The notes: generated from the sequence alone by a model not told the origin. Shown: positions 41,593 to 55,691, counted from the stretch's first letter. The stretch is DNA of 64,000 nucleotides from Octopus vulgaris (GCA_951406725.2 OX597828.1:23870001-23934000); one strand, 5' to 3'. Numbers and translations: made by a program.

Positions 41593-41650
41593 TTCTCTCT
41601 CTCTCTTCCCCTCTCTCTTCCCCCTCTCTTTCTCTCTCTCTCTCTCTACA
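41458..41650. repeat. Compound (TA)n-(TCTA)n-(TC)n microsatellite
   Basis: Direct observation. Confidence 0.9.
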
Positions 41651-41898
41651 TACATATATGTTTATGCATGTGTCTGTGTGTGTGAGTGTGTCCCCTGTTG
41701 ATGACCTTGTTCCCCTACCACTCCCACCTTACATTCTATGCTGTTTCCTCTTCAGCAAAAGGACTCGATACAATAAGTACCAGGCTTAAAAATAAGCAAG
41801 TAATCCTGGTAGTTATTCTATCCGCCTCATTTACCAAAACACGGGGACGTAACCACACCAAGATCGGTTGTCAAGCGATAGTGAGGTGACAAACGCAG

Positions 41899-41981
<83 letters not shown>

Positions 41982-43857
41982 TGTGTGTGTATGTATATAA
42001 ATTTATATATATATATATATATATACATATATATATACGTACTTTCATACATGACACACGCACACACACACACGTGTATATGCATATGAAAGATTATGCA
42101 AGCAATGACAGGCTACACACGTATTACTATTAATTCCACATGAACGCCGCAGTATTTTTATAGTTTAATTACAAATCAAGCTAATAGCTTTCGTCTATAT
42201 TGTAATTATTTTTCTCTTCTCAATTATTAAATGTCTGTCTTTATGTCTCTCACTCTTTATGTCTCTCACGTATACCCACCTAAAACTACTTATATATACA
42301 TACACACGCATATGAATAGAATTATGATTGTTTATGTGTGCGTGGGTAACTGTCGGTGACAGAGTGATAGTTTGTGTAGCATTTTTCCAATTTTTATACC
42401 TCTGGCCTAACTTGGAAATGGCTCCATCTGTCTTTCAAACTCAAATTTAATTCCAATTTAAGGACCATATCCTGTGTGATTGATATCAAATACCTATACC
42501 TAAACAAAATATTGAGTGGAAGATTGAAAAGAGTATTAGAGGAATTCACGGTGACCAATACAGGTAATGTGCTGCAATAATACGACTCCTGCGAGCCAAT
42601 AGTTTCTTTGGGTTGTATCGAAATCTGGATAGGTGGGAGTGCAATGCATAACGATTGTATGGAAGCCATTGTTCCACAGACAAGTAAAGAATACTAGTAG
42701 GATTAGTACCTCATGGAAGAGCTTCCCTGGGTGATGAGCTGTAGATTTTATGTTGAAACAATGTGTGTGAAGCAAATCGTAATTTTATTGACATACAATT
42801 CAGAAGACTCGCATCTCAATCCCGTTTATAGATGCTCACCCGGCGTACTAGCAATATCTCGCTGTGGCAATGTGCAAGAAGAGAATTGACTAGAAATGAT
42901 GTTGGAACGTTGATTGAAACTATGTGTCAACGAGTTTTGGGAGATGTGACACCAAGAATTCCAATTCAAATCGTGACACGCAAAGAATTTTTTTTTTCTG
43001 AGAACTGAGTCATGTCAGTAAAAGTCTCTAATTGAAGTAGGATATGACAGTATAGTGAAATAAGCGGGGTTTCCCTTGTGTCTATAAGAAAGGGATCCCG
43101 TGGCACATCCTGAGTAAGTGCATAGAAGACCGGGGTGAGCTGGGCTACTGCTCACGATCTGACGATGTCTAGAATGTCATAGCAGACATAATCCGCCGTA
43201 GGGTGAGTAATTGCAAGAGTTTCCGGCTAACGAAGAGTATTATCACATTTTAACGCGTTTAACTTAGAAAGATCGACATGAATAGACTGAATAAAGGTGA
43301 GAGGCGGAATCGCGAAACTTTTGGTAATACTTATGTTAGGTTAACAACAGCTGTCAAGCTTACTCCTTCGAGACTACAAGCAACTGAAGAATACTGGTAG
43401 ATGAACGTCGATCTATGGAAGCAGATGAAGATCTTATTAGTAATTTTCAGTATACATATTCAACTGCCATTAATTCTATATATCTATTACTTCAAAGTCT
43501 TCAATTAGGATTAGGAATTACAATTTACACTTAGAAGACGAAGGCAAATTAACTTATAATAGGGGATACGTGCTTGTGCTGGCATTGTGCTTCTAGACAG
43601 AGATCTGCAGCAAAGGCTGCCAGGTTTCAGAGATGTGCTTTCCAGTTCAACATAGCTGCCCAGCAATTAATGCAAGTGCTGTCCAATTTGTCTGTGGGAC
43701 AAGATGCAAATGAATTTCGCTGATGAGAACAGACCATAATCATGTCTTTTATGTATGTATGTATGTATGTATGTATGTATGTATGTATGTATGTATGTAT
43801 GTATGTATGTATGTATGTATGTATGTGAAGTGATTCTACTCTGTTGTCATCAGCCAA

Positions 43858-44016
43858 AGGAGTGGCTTTGTGGTAAGTAGCTTGCTTACGAACCACATGG
43901 TTCCGGGTTCAGTCCCACTGCGTGGCACCTTGGGCAAGTGTCTTCTACTATTGACTCGGGCTGACCAAAGCCTTGTGAGTGGATTTGGTAGACGGAAACT
44001 GAAAAGAAGCCCGTCG

Positions 44017-44063
<47 letters not shown>

Positions 44064-44287
44064 ATGTATGTGCCTGTGTATGTTTGTGTGTTTGTGCCCC
44101 TAACGTCGCTTGACAACCGATGCTGGTGTGTTTACATCCCCGTAACTTAGCAGTTCGACAAAAGAGACCGATAGAATAAGTACTGGGCTTACAAAGAATA
44201 AGTCCTGGGGTTGATTTGCTCGACTAAAAGGCGGTGCTCTAGCATGACCACAGTCAAATGACTGAAACAATTAAGAGTAAGAGAGTA
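43858..44287 (+). mobile_element. SINE family A, full length
   Basis: ggagtggctttgtgg...gggttcagtccc...ccttgggcaagtg...tail. Confidence 0.9.
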
Positions 44288-44502
44288 TATATATATACAT
44301 ATGCATCAATATCTACAAATATGTCTTGGTTTGCGTATGCGGGTGTGTCACTGAAATATTTATGTTTGATTGTGTATCTGCTTTCTATAAGATACAAGTT
44401 TTTTTTTTTTCCATTTATTTTCTTGTTCTCTTCATAACCAAAATCTCACATCGAAACAGTCTTCAGGATTAAAGTGAACGACAAACAGCTACAACAGCAA
44501 AG

Positions 44503-44578
<76 letters not shown>

Positions 44579-45429
44579 CATTAAAGCAATAATAAATGAC
44601 GTAAATACGCACAAAATATTATTTAGTTTTCCTTCTTAGAAACGAAGATATTCCGTAACGCTAAGCAATATTCATTAAATGTAATTATTTAATTTTTATA
44701 TATTTATTTTTGTTTACTCCTTTGTTTTACTGTATTTTAGTTGTGTTTTTTATTAGACTGTTATTGTTTTGTTTTTTTTCTTTCTATTTTTTTAAACAAT
44801 GTGCATTTCCTTAAAAGCTTTCTGCAACCTACACAGCAATCATGTGAATTTCATCCATTAAAGAACTTTGTAGCTGACTGCAATTTTTCATCTCTCTATT
44901 TTTTTGTTCTTTTTAGTTTTTTGCCGCCTTGTTTTCCAAGCCATAACAACGATTAAAAAAAAAGAATAAACATTTATATTGAAAAAATAAAAACCACTTA
45001 AGTAATAATAATTATAAAATAGCAATAACGCCAACACTACTTATAGATTTTGCAATATGCCCTCTCCATCCCTAAAATTTATTTGAGGGCATATATACAT
45101 ACATACACACACATATATATTTATATGCATACATACATACATACATACATACATACATACATACATACATACATACAGAGAGAATTGTTTTGCAATTTGT
45201 CATAACAAAAATTATATTCTTTAATTGTTTCGATGAATTCATAAGTTACATGACGGTCATCCCAGGGCAGACATTTTACGAATGTTTACAGACGTAGATT
45301 TCGATCTTATACTCATTTTAACGGTGTCTACACAGGGATGGAGATTGTTTTTTTACATACAGAGAAACGAACAATGGTGAGCTGCTGCACACGCATACAC
45401 ACCTACACTCAATCTCGTCTCATCTAGGT

Positions 45430-45795
45430 CGCCCTATAGGACATCCCTTTTAGGGACTTCGGTTGTGCATACTATAGGAGTCACAGGGCGCTGCTCCATG
45501 TTGTACCGCAGTTTCCATTTAACTAAGAATATTAAGGTCTCGTCTATTGTCTTGTAGTCAAGATTCTCTGCATGACATCCTGCTATTTCAGAGCCAGGAA
45601 TCTGATCTGTTAGGCCCTGCCGATAACTAAATCCACGCCCTGGTGTCGACGCTTCGATTTATTGTCGTTAAGGTTTTGTCTGCCTCCTACCCTTCGACAT
45701 ATCTGGTTTGGTAAGACCTGCCTTAAGATTTCTCTCCCTCCAGCATAGCTCTCCGGGTCAATGGAGCACACAAGCACTTCACCGTGACAAGGTAC
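45430..45795 (-). mobile_element. RTE-like LINE 5' UTR region, degenerate
   Basis: Minus strand accttgtcacggtgaagtgcttgtgtgctccattgacccggagagctatgctgg...gtcgaagggtagg resembles the RTE/BovB/Expander 5' UTR as recalled. Confidence 0.5.
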
Positions 45796-46482
45796 TAGTC
45801 GTATTGGCCGTTGACTACACAGCAGTTCTCCCGCCTTTTGACGGGTGTTAGTTTTCGTCACGCAAAGCGTCCAACAATCTCCCTCCTCAGCAAGCAAGCT
45901 TGATGGGGTTGCATGTATAGTCGCCGAGGACTCGACCATGCGACAGGTGTATACTGAATTATATGTTGTCAGCAGCGCTCAAGAGCTACCTGACCATACA
46001 CTCATGAGCGGACCAAGACATACACGTACACCGTCAAAGAGTCACACTAATAACACGCACAGACAGACAGACACGCACACACATATGTATGTGTCGTGGC
46101 ACACTGAGTCTAAAACTATTGGTTGCCAAGAGACTAACCCGCAACAACAAGGGGGCCCACCCGCAACAACAAGGGGACCCACTCGCAACTACAATGCTAG
46201 CATTTATTATTTTCTTCTTTGTTAAAAGTATACTTTTCAACTGTCTACAAACACAGCCAGGCTGAAATAATGCATTCTTCCAGGAGTGAATAAAAAATTC
46301 TCATACTTGAGGGTATGGATACTAACATGGTCCCCAATATATGGATTCCAATGGCGTAGGGGCCCATTTGGCATTGGGCAAGCTGGCAACCTGGCCAGTC
46401 TATCACTGTATATATACGTATACATCACATACATACATACATACATACATACATACATACATACATACATACATACATACAT

Positions 46483-46574
<92 letters not shown>

Positions 46575-46664
46575 GTGTGTGTTCGAAGTATAATATTCAC
46601 AGTTCTACTTAGCTTTCCTGCAACAATATTATCATAAAATTTTAATTTATTCACGAATATTGGT

Positions 46665-46875
46665 TTCAGATTTTAGCAAAAGGCCTGAAATCTGGGGGTT
46701 ACAGGGTAAGTCGATTACATAGACCCCAGTGCTCAACTGGTACATATTTTATCGACCTCGATGGATGAAATGCAAAGTCGACCTCGGCGGAATTTGAACT
46801 CAAAATGTAAAGACGGGTGAAATACCGAAATGACTTTCGTCCGGTATTCTAACAATTTTCCCAGTCCACTGCCTT
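46665..46875 (-). mobile_element. SINE family B
   Basis: aaagtcgacctcggcggaatttgaactc and flanking family B sequence. Confidence 0.8.
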
Positions 46876-47669
46876 TGTATTAATGAATATTAACAGGTCA
46901 CCTTCTGCTGCTGCGAGAACTATGAGCGATATGGAAGACAATATTACATAATAAGTCCACATGCAAGAACTGGCGTTCAAATCTCTCCACGCTACAACCC
47001 AAAATAACACTCATCAGTCGATGCAGTTCTCCATATATGTCATATCTGAAAAATACAATTTTCGAGATGGCATGATTAAAACTGTTTTCATACACACATC
47101 TGGTCTAATAGATGAAAGCCCTGGGTCTAAATAGCACCAGCAACAAGATCCTGCATATACAAAATTTTCGCATATGCATGACACTTATGACATGTAACTT
47201 TGCATTAAACAACAATACATCCGCAATTTCTCTAATTGGTAATGTTAACATAGCATAGGAAATCAGAGTACGTCATTTAAAATTGCTATGAATAGGCTTG
47301 TTTATGTTTCAATTCTTTGTGTTCTGTGATTTTCATTGTCTCTTTCTCGGTAAAGTCATCTAATATTAAATTGACATTTCGCTAGAGATTATAGAGCGTT
47401 TTTTTTTTCTTCCGTGAAATTAATTACAGTGCAGAGATTATTAGGAACAAAGAAAAGTATGAGGTTTGTAATAAGTACAGAGATTTAAAAAAAATATTGC
47501 GTTACAAGTAAATGACACAGCTATGATCGTCAGTAGCATGTCATTTTTTTACTGAGTGACGTAGTTTTGAGTGGAATCATTTATATATGCATTCATTTAC
47601 GTACGCATTCACACAAATATTCACACATATGTATGTATGTTTGTATGTATTGTGTACGCATATATATAT

Positions 47670-48076
47670 ACTCTCTCTTTACTCTTTTACTCTTTTACTT
47701 GTTTCAGTCATTTGACTGCGGCCATGCTGGAGCACCGCCTTTAGTCGACCAAATCGACCCCGGGACTTATTCTTTGTAAGCCCAGTACTTATTCTATCGG
47801 TCTCTTTTGCCGAACCGCTAAGTGACGGGGACGTAAACACACCAGCATCGGTTATCAAGCAATGCTAGGGGGACAAACACAGACACACAAACACACACAT
47901 ACATATATATATACATATATACGACAGGCTTCTTTCAGTTTCCGTCTACCAAATCCACTCACAAGGCATTGGTCGGCCCGGGGCTATAGCAGAAGACATT
48001 TGCCCAAGATGCCACGCAGTGGGACTGAACCCGGAACCATGTGGTTGGTTAGCAAGCTACTTACCACACAGCCACT

Positions 48077-48141
<65 letters not shown>

Positions 48142-48143
48142 CT
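47670..48143 (-). mobile_element. SINE family A, head interrupted by (TA)n
   Basis: Near-identical to 15250; the terminal cct|gcgcct is split by a TA tract. Confidence 0.9.
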
Positions 48144-48164
48144 ATATATATATATATATGTATA

Positions 48165-49262
48165 CAGTCGTCCTCAGAATTATTTATAACATTGTAAACT
48201 TTCGTGATTTTTATTTTTGTGATGAAATGATTGCATTTTATCAAGTTTGTTTCTGAGGTGTATGTGACCAACAAGTGACAGAATAACAACGATACACAGG
48301 TCAAGAAATTCTTCATTTCAGGGGTATTTTCTTCATGGCTTTTCAAAAAATGCCATGTTCAAATTTATTCCCACCTTTCCTTAATAGCCAACAGTATAGC
48401 CTTTGTTTTTTATGACAGCTTCTAGACGATTCTTTTACGTGTCCACAAGCTTCCTGCATGTCTCTTGCGAGACTGCTGGCTAAAATCTGGGATCTTGCTT
48501 CACATAGCCTCTGATGAGACGAAGCTGGAGTTATTTGACCAAAAGGATGCTGAATACGTCTGGAGGATAAAAGGAGAAGCATATAAGCCGAAGAACACTT
48601 TACCCACCGTCAAGCCTGGTGGCAGGAACCTAATGCTATGGGGGTGCTTCTCTTCTAGTTGCACAGGGAACCATGTCAATGTTCAAAGAATAATGAAAAA
48701 CGAGGATTATATCATGATCCGTCATGAAAACGTGAAGGAATCTACCGAGAAACATACCCCCAAAGTAGTGAAGAAATGGTTCAAGTACAATGATGTCAAC
48801 GTCCTAGAATGGCCAAGTCAGTCCTGACATGAATCCGATCAAGAACTTGTGGTGAGACTTGAAGACCAGAGCGATGGCTAGAAAACCGACCAACCTGACC
48901 CAGCTTGAGGTTTTTGCCAAGAGCGAGTGGGCCAACATCCCACAGGAGACATGCAGGAAGCTTGTAGACACGTAAAAGAATCGTCTAGAAGCATTCATAA
49001 AAAAACAAAGGCTATTGACTATTAAAAGAAGGTATTGGACTCAGTAAACTTAGGATATGAATAGTTTTGAACATGGCAGTTTTTGAAAATCCATAAAGTA
49101 TCGTTGAAGTGAAGAATTTCTTGAATTGGGCATTATTGTTGTTTTTCCACTTGTTGTTCAGATATAACTCATAAACAAACTTGAGAAATGAATTCATTTC
49201 ATCACCAAACATAAAAAACTCGCACAATTTAACAAGGGTATGAATACTTTTGAGGACGACTA
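48165..49262 (+). mobile_element. Tc1 transposon, internally deleted
   Basis: TA|cagtcgtcctcagaattatttata ... tatgaatacttttgaggacgact TIRs. Peptides SDETKLELF, PTVKPGGRNLMLWGCFS, KHTPK, WPSQS/PDMNPIKNLW. Confidence 0.9.
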
Positions 49263-49375
49263 TATATGCTTGAATGTGTGTAAATTTTCTTGAAACTTAA
49301 ATTAAGACATTGGGACGCGAATCGAATTTCCGCGCCACTTCGATCTTCAGGCGAGACTACTACAACTCCAGTATT

Positions 49376-49413
<38 letters not shown>

Positions 49414-49589
49414 CCGTGTGCGTGGTCTAGTTCTATTGGTTGTTTTTTGGTTCGATCTTTCCTATTTTCTTTGGTTGTCTGCGTTATTTCAGTGGTGTGC
49501 TGTTTGTATCCCTTGCAATTTTTTTTGTTGGTTGTTATTAAATTATTTATAATTCGTTGGTGAGATGATAATTAGGAGTTTCTTTATGG

Positions 49590-49860
49590 TTAGGGCTTAC
49601 GATCCCAGCGACGCGTTGTATCCTTGAACGAGAGACTTTATTTCACGTTGCTCCAGTCCACTCACTTGGCAAAAGGGATTTATACCTGTACTTCAAAGGG
49701 CCTGCCTTGTCACACTCTGTGTCACGCTGAATCTACCTGAGAACTACGTTAAGGGTACACGTGTTTGTGGAGTGCTCAGCTACTTGTACGTTAATTTCAC
49801 GTGCAGGCTGTTCCATTGATCGTATCAGCTGGGACCCTCGTCATCGTAACCGACGGGGTG
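49590..49860 (+). mobile_element. SINE family D
   Basis: 3' half (tacctgtacttcaaagg...gagaactacgttaa...cgtaaccgacgg) is shared with 54410-54590 on the minus strand. Confidence 0.65.
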
Positions 49861-49984
49861 TTCCTTTTTTTTATTATCTATAGCCATACCCCATAAGCAC
49901 ATGTGAATGCATAGCTATATGAATTACTACATTTTGTTTCCTTTAGAATCCGAAAATTGCGGTTACAATTTTTTAAGATAGAGA

Positions 49985-50380
49985 TTTACTCTTACTCTTT
50001 TACTCTCTTTTACTTGTACAGTCATTTGACTGTGGCCTTGCTGGAGCACCTACTTTAGTCGAACAAATCTACCCCAGTACTTATTCTTTGTAAGCCTAGT
50101 ACTTATTTTATCGGTCTTTTTGCCGAACCGCTAGGTTATAGGGATGTAAACACACCAGCATCGGTTGTCAAGCGATGTTGGGGGGAAACACAGACACAAA
50201 CACACACATATATATACATATACATATATATGACAGGCTTCTTTTAGTTTCCGTCTACCAATTCCAATCACAAGGCTTTGGTAGGCCCGAAGCAATAATA
50301 GAAGACACTTGCTCAAGGTGCCACGCAGTGGAACTGAACCCGGAACCATGTGTTTGGTAAGCAAGCTACTCCTGCGCCTA
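49985..50380 (-). mobile_element. SINE family A
   Basis: As the other family A copies. Confidence 0.88.
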
Positions 50381-50884
50381 TATTGATGTAGAGATTTATT
50401 CTAACTTCAGAAGAAATTCTTCATAAAAGTCAAGTAAAATACAAAGTGCGCAATATTTCATTGAGAATATTATTGAATATTTTAATTGAAATATGTCTCT
50501 AAATGAGATTTGATATTTCTCCCATTTGAATATATATTTAAGCTTTATATTATAGATACTTGTTAAATGAACACAAAAAAATGTTCTTTGTAACTTTATT
50601 ACTATTTTCAAAATAATAATTTAAGACAAAAATTAAGAATGAAAGTAAATTGTGAAGGAATTTTGTATTTTAATACTATTTCATGCGAATGAGCGGGAAG
50701 CTGGAACAATCGCTAGCTCGTCGGACAAACTTATTAGTGATATTTCTTCTGGTATTACGTTCTGAGTTTTTATATATAGTAACACGGATTACTGATTACT
50801 ATTACATGTCATCTCTACTGCTATATTGTTAAAGTTGAGTAGTTACCTTCGAATATGGGGGCATGAAGAGAGATTAAGTCTATC

Positions 50885-51266
50885 TCATTTCTTTACGGCC
50901 CACAATGAGCCAAACACAGACGGAACAAACAAGGACACACAAACGAATTAAGTCGATAATATCGACCCCAGTGCATAACTGATACTTATTTAATCAACCC
51001 CTGAAAGGATGAAAGGCAAAGTCAACCCCGGCGGAATTTGAACTCAGAACGGAGCGGCAGACGAAATACCTATTTCTTTACTGCCCACAAGGGGCCAAAC
51101 ACAGGGGACAAAAAAGGACATACAAACAAATTAAGTCGATTATATCGACCCCAGTACATAACTGATACTTATTTAATCGACCTCGAAAGGATGAAAGGCA
51201 AAGTCGACCCCGGCGGAATTTGAACTCAGAACGGAGCGGCAGACGAAATATCGCTAAGCATTTCGA
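50885..51266 (-). mobile_element. SINE family B, tandem units
   Basis: A unit of about 180 bp is repeated (tttctttac.gcccacaa...ggaatttgaactcagaacggagcggcagacgaaata). Confidence 0.85.
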
Positions 51267-51550
51267 TGCTCATACTTCCGACGCTCTTACCGTTTTGTTC
51301 TGAAGATTCAGGAGCTGTTAGCATTCTTTTATATTTTTTTTACTTATTTCAATCATTAGACTACGGCCATGCTGGGGCATAGCCTTGAATATTTAGTCAA
51401 ACAATTCGACCTGAGTACTTATTTTTCTAAGCCTTGTACTTATTCCATCGTCTCATTTGCCAAACACCAACACCGGTTGCAAAGCGGTCGGTGGGGACAC
51501 ACATACACACAAATTTAATATATATATATATATATTTATTTTATAGAAGG

Positions 51551-51601
51551 AGCTTCTACAGGACTAGAACTATTTCATTCAAAAGAAATCATCAGGAAGC
51601 T
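51551..51601 (-). ncRNA. Type I hammerhead ribozyme (family H2), left arm
   Basis: agcttc CTGATGA tttcttttgaat GAAA tag-ttctagtc-ctg TA gaagct. Confidence 0.6.
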
Positions 51602-52642
51602 AGGTGACAAGAATAGTTTTGGCATTTATACATTTAGGCAGGTTTAAAGGGGTGGTGGTGGAGGACTTTTTGGGGTAAGTATGGCGCAAACTATCATTCT
51701 TAGGGGAGTGGTCAAAGGAATCAGTGATAAAGTAGATAAAAGAATAAATAGAATAATAGAGTTTAGGTAAATAAGGAGACTCTCACACATACACACACAC
51801 ACGCGCATCTATATATACATAAATACATACATGCATACAAACATATACTTATATACATACATGCATACTCAAATAATAAATAATAAATATATATACGTGC
51901 AATTACCCATCATACAGACGGATACATACATATAAACATACACATGTATACCTATTTACACATATGTATATATATATACCTACATACATACACATACACA
52001 TAAATCTACATACCTACATATACATAAACACACAAGCGTACATATATATATATATATATATATATCCACATACATATATATACACATATATATACACATA
52101 CATATATATACACGCATGTAAATACACGCACACACATACATACGTATATTCATACCTCCACCCAAATGTCTGTATATAGGCATATGCGTCTATATATGCG
52201 GGCAGATGTTCATGTGTGTTTATGTGTACGGAAGTACATTTATATATGTGGTTTTGTGTGTACATAGTTATATGTGAAAGTCGGTACACTTATGTATGTA
52301 TGAATATAACACGTGCGTCTGTGTATGTGTATGAGTGTGCGTGTGAGTGTGTGTGCGGGTGTGAGTGTTTGTGTTCGTATCAGTGGGAAGAAAGATAGAA
52401 AGGAAGGGAGAGGGGCTATAAATGGATTCTTTAGGCCAGCTAGGCTAGATCCCTTGGGAGAACACTACTTCAGTGCCGGCCTGGTTGGTGGAGGTCAAAA
52501 TAAAAATAAAAATAAAAATGAATATAAAAATAAAATTAAAATAAGGGAAGAAATGTGTGTGTATGTGTGTGCATGTATATGCATATGTATGTGTATGTAT
52601 ATATGTATGTATATATATATATATATATAAGTGTGTGTATGA

Positions 52643-52675
<33 letters not shown>

Positions 52676-52807
52676 GATATGTGAGCGTGTGTGTATGGGG
52701 GTATATATCCTCTTTTATATTTGTTTTTATATTTAATTATTTTTATATATATGTGTGTATGTGTATGTATATATGTATATATATATATATGTGTATATAT
52801 GTGTATG

Positions 52808-52840
<33 letters not shown>

Positions 52841-53062
52841 GTATGTGTGTGTGTATATGTATATATATATATGTATAAGTGAGAGTCTCCTTATTTACCT
52901 AAACTCTATTATTCTATTTATTCTTTTATCTACTTTATCCCTGATTCCTTTGACCACTCCCCTAAGAATGATAGTTTGCGCCATGCCTACCCCAAAAAGT
53001 CCCCCCCACCACCCCTTTAAACCTGCCTAAATGTATAAATGCCAAAACTATTCTTGTCACCT

Positions 53063-53113
53063 AGCTTCCTGATGATTTCTTTTGAATGAAACAGTTCTAG
53101 TCCTGTAGAAGCT
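53063..53113 (+). ncRNA. Type I hammerhead ribozyme (family H2), right arm
   Basis: agcttc CTGATGA(53069-75) tttcttttgaat GAAA(53088-91) cag-ttctagtc-ctg TA gaagct. 6-bp stem I, 3-bp stem III, weak stem II. Confidence 0.68.
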
Positions 53114-53195
53114 CCTTCTATAAAATAAATTAATTTACTCTGCTATGTATTGAGTACCTTATTTACTGTGGTTAACCCCGACTCAACCCGGGACC

Positions 53196-53242
<47 letters not shown>

Positions 53243-54031
53243 GATGGGCTTCTTATAGCTTCAGTCAACCAAATAGACTCACAAGGCTTTAGTTGACCCG
53301 AAGCTACAGTAAAAGACACTTGCCTAAGGTGCCACGCCATGGGACTGAAACTAGAGTCATGTAGTTAGGAAGTAAGCTTCTTACCACATGACCACGCCTG
53401 TGCCTATGGTGATTTATTTCTATATACTCCAATATGAGCAAGCGTTGAATTAATACCGAACCACTGACCCTCGTTCTTTCACAAAGGTCTGTAGTGTATC
53501 TGTTCATCCAAACACTGCCAACAAAGAAACGAGCCGATTTTCTAGCATATATTATTTGGTTTATTATCACTGACCTTTTTATGCCATTTTGCGTGAGGAA
53601 ATAATAAACATGAGAAAACGGATCGGTCGTGGTAACTTCTACTAAATGGAGGAAATGGTCTCTTTGATTATACTGAATGTCAACAAACCAATGAATAATT
53701 GAAATATTTACGATCTAAAATCTGTATTTTGAACTGTTCCCACTAAGCTTATTGAGTTTATTCGATATATATCAATCCTCTTCTTCCTGCTTCAGTTTCT
53801 ATATTTACAACTCTACATGTGAGACTTTTCATAACGTTTGATATATAGAGTTACATAACAGTTTTTGAGTGTAAAAATCACAATCGTATATTTTTTTGTT
53901 GATACTCGAGGCAATTATTTTCTGTCCACATTACTAGAATTGTAATTATGATAGGCAGGCTTTATATAGTCGTTGGTAACATCACCGTTTGAACGTATTT
54001 TAAGCGATGTTTATATCATTCAATTTGTAAT

Positions 54032-54076
<45 letters not shown>

Positions 54077-54409
54077 TAAATATTCCTTGAGTATCTCTGC
54101 GTCCTTAATACTAATCCACAGTTTATTTTAGACGTTGATGTATATTTTCTCTCATATCTCTCAAGACGTCCATTACACAAGGACCAATGAATTTATATTA
54201 TAAAGTTACAATGAGCTGAGACCTTGAATAAACGTAATTAGCAACTGCAAGTTGACATACAGACAGATGATGATGCATACTTAAATAATACGCTGAGACG
54301 CCTACACACTCGCACAGCAGTTAAAGAATTACATGGAAATAAGCACATACATGCCTACGCATTTATAGTGACACACGTAACAGAAACACACCTAATTAAT
54401 CGCACCACT

Positions 54410-54783
54410 ACGGGACTCCGTCGGTTACGACGAGGAGGGTTCCACTTGATCCGATCAACGGAACAACATGCTCGTCAAATTAACGTGCAAGTGACTATGT
54501 GCTCCACAGACATGTGTACCATTAACGTAGTTCTCGGGGAGATTCAAAGTGACACAGTGTGACAAGGCTGGACCTTTGAAATACAGGTACAACAGATACA
54601 GGAAGAAAGAGTAAGAGAAAGTTGTGGTGAAAGAGTACAGCAGGGTTCGCTACCACCCCCTGCCAGAGCCTCGAGGAGTTTGGGGGATATCACTCAAAAA
54701 ACACAACGCCTAGTCTAGGAATCGAAACTGCGAACCTATGACCACGAGACCACTGCCTAAACCACTGGGTCATTGCGCCTCCA
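54410..54783 (-). mobile_element. Chimeric SINE (family C head + family D tail)
   Basis: 54600-54783 matches the family C head and body; 54410-54590 matches the 49680-49860 tail. Confidence 0.7.
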
Positions 54784-54832
54784 GTAATTAAACGCAGACA
54801 TACATATTCTTTTCTTCTCTGGGTATAACATA

Positions 54833-55172
54833 GACTCCAGTGCGCAAATGGTACTTAATTTATCGACCCCGAAATGATGAACGGCAAAGTCGACCTCGGA
54901 GGAATTTGAACTCAGAACGTAGCGGCAGACGAAATACCTATTTCTTCACCACTCACAAGGGGCTAAACACAGAGAGGACAAAAAAGAACAGACAAACGGA
55001 TTAAGTCGATTATATCGACCCCAGTGCCTAACTGATACTTATTTAATCGACCCCACGAAAGGATGAAAGGCAAAGTCGACCTCGGCGGAATTTGAACTCA
55101 GAACGTAACGGCGGACGAAATACCACTAAACATTTCGCCGGCCTGCTAACGTTTCTGCCAGGTCGCCGCCTT
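54833..55172 (-). mobile_element. SINE family B, two units
   Basis: As 6603-7026. Confidence 0.85.
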
Positions 55173-55691
55173 ACGCACACAGGCCTATTGACAAACGTAC
55201 ATAACTCCATGAGGAATTAAACGTTTTGCAGTCGCTTAATATGTGCGTGGTTTGCATGTATTAATACACTCACGCAAAAATCAGTACACGCATATGATAA
55301 TTAATTTCATAGAAAACATTGTTATGCACAACTTTGTGCAGAATAACGTTGAATTACGCAGCTAGAAACGAACACACTGTAATAATAAGGAAATAAATTT
55401 AGAAGCTAATCGATACACATATATTACAATGAAAAGCAGATTACAAAAAGATTTACTCGCGTTTGTATATTAAATAAACAACTGAAATAAGTGGATTAAG
55501 AAACGTTTAGTTAATAAACAAAACGTGAAAAAACTGCCGCAATGATGTGGTTCTGTCTTGTTTTATTATATACATATAAACAAACATACATGCATACATA
55601 CGTACGTTCGTACGTACATATGTACAGCATACAGGCATACATACGCACATATACACATAAGAATTTAAATATAAATATAGATATATATAGA

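Larger units (their letters stand above)
51534..53198. mobile_element. Penelope-like element remnant with inverted arms of about 250 bp
   Basis: 51534-51786 is the near-exact reverse complement of 52879-53130. The right arm has a 68-bp extension, there is (TA)n on both sides, and each arm holds a hammerhead motif. Confidence 0.75.
51340..53406 (-). mobile_element. SINE family A split by a nested insertion
   Basis: Tail at 51340-51500 and head at 53240-53406, same orientation and correct order. Confidence 0.65.

Noticed and set aside
42390-43700. Higher-complexity stretch, possibly a decayed retroelement
   Set aside because: No recognisable motif or terminal structure.
45790-45960. Possible HDV-like ribozyme near the RTE-like 5' end
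   Set aside because: Could not build the nested double pseudoknot by eye; needs a descriptor search.
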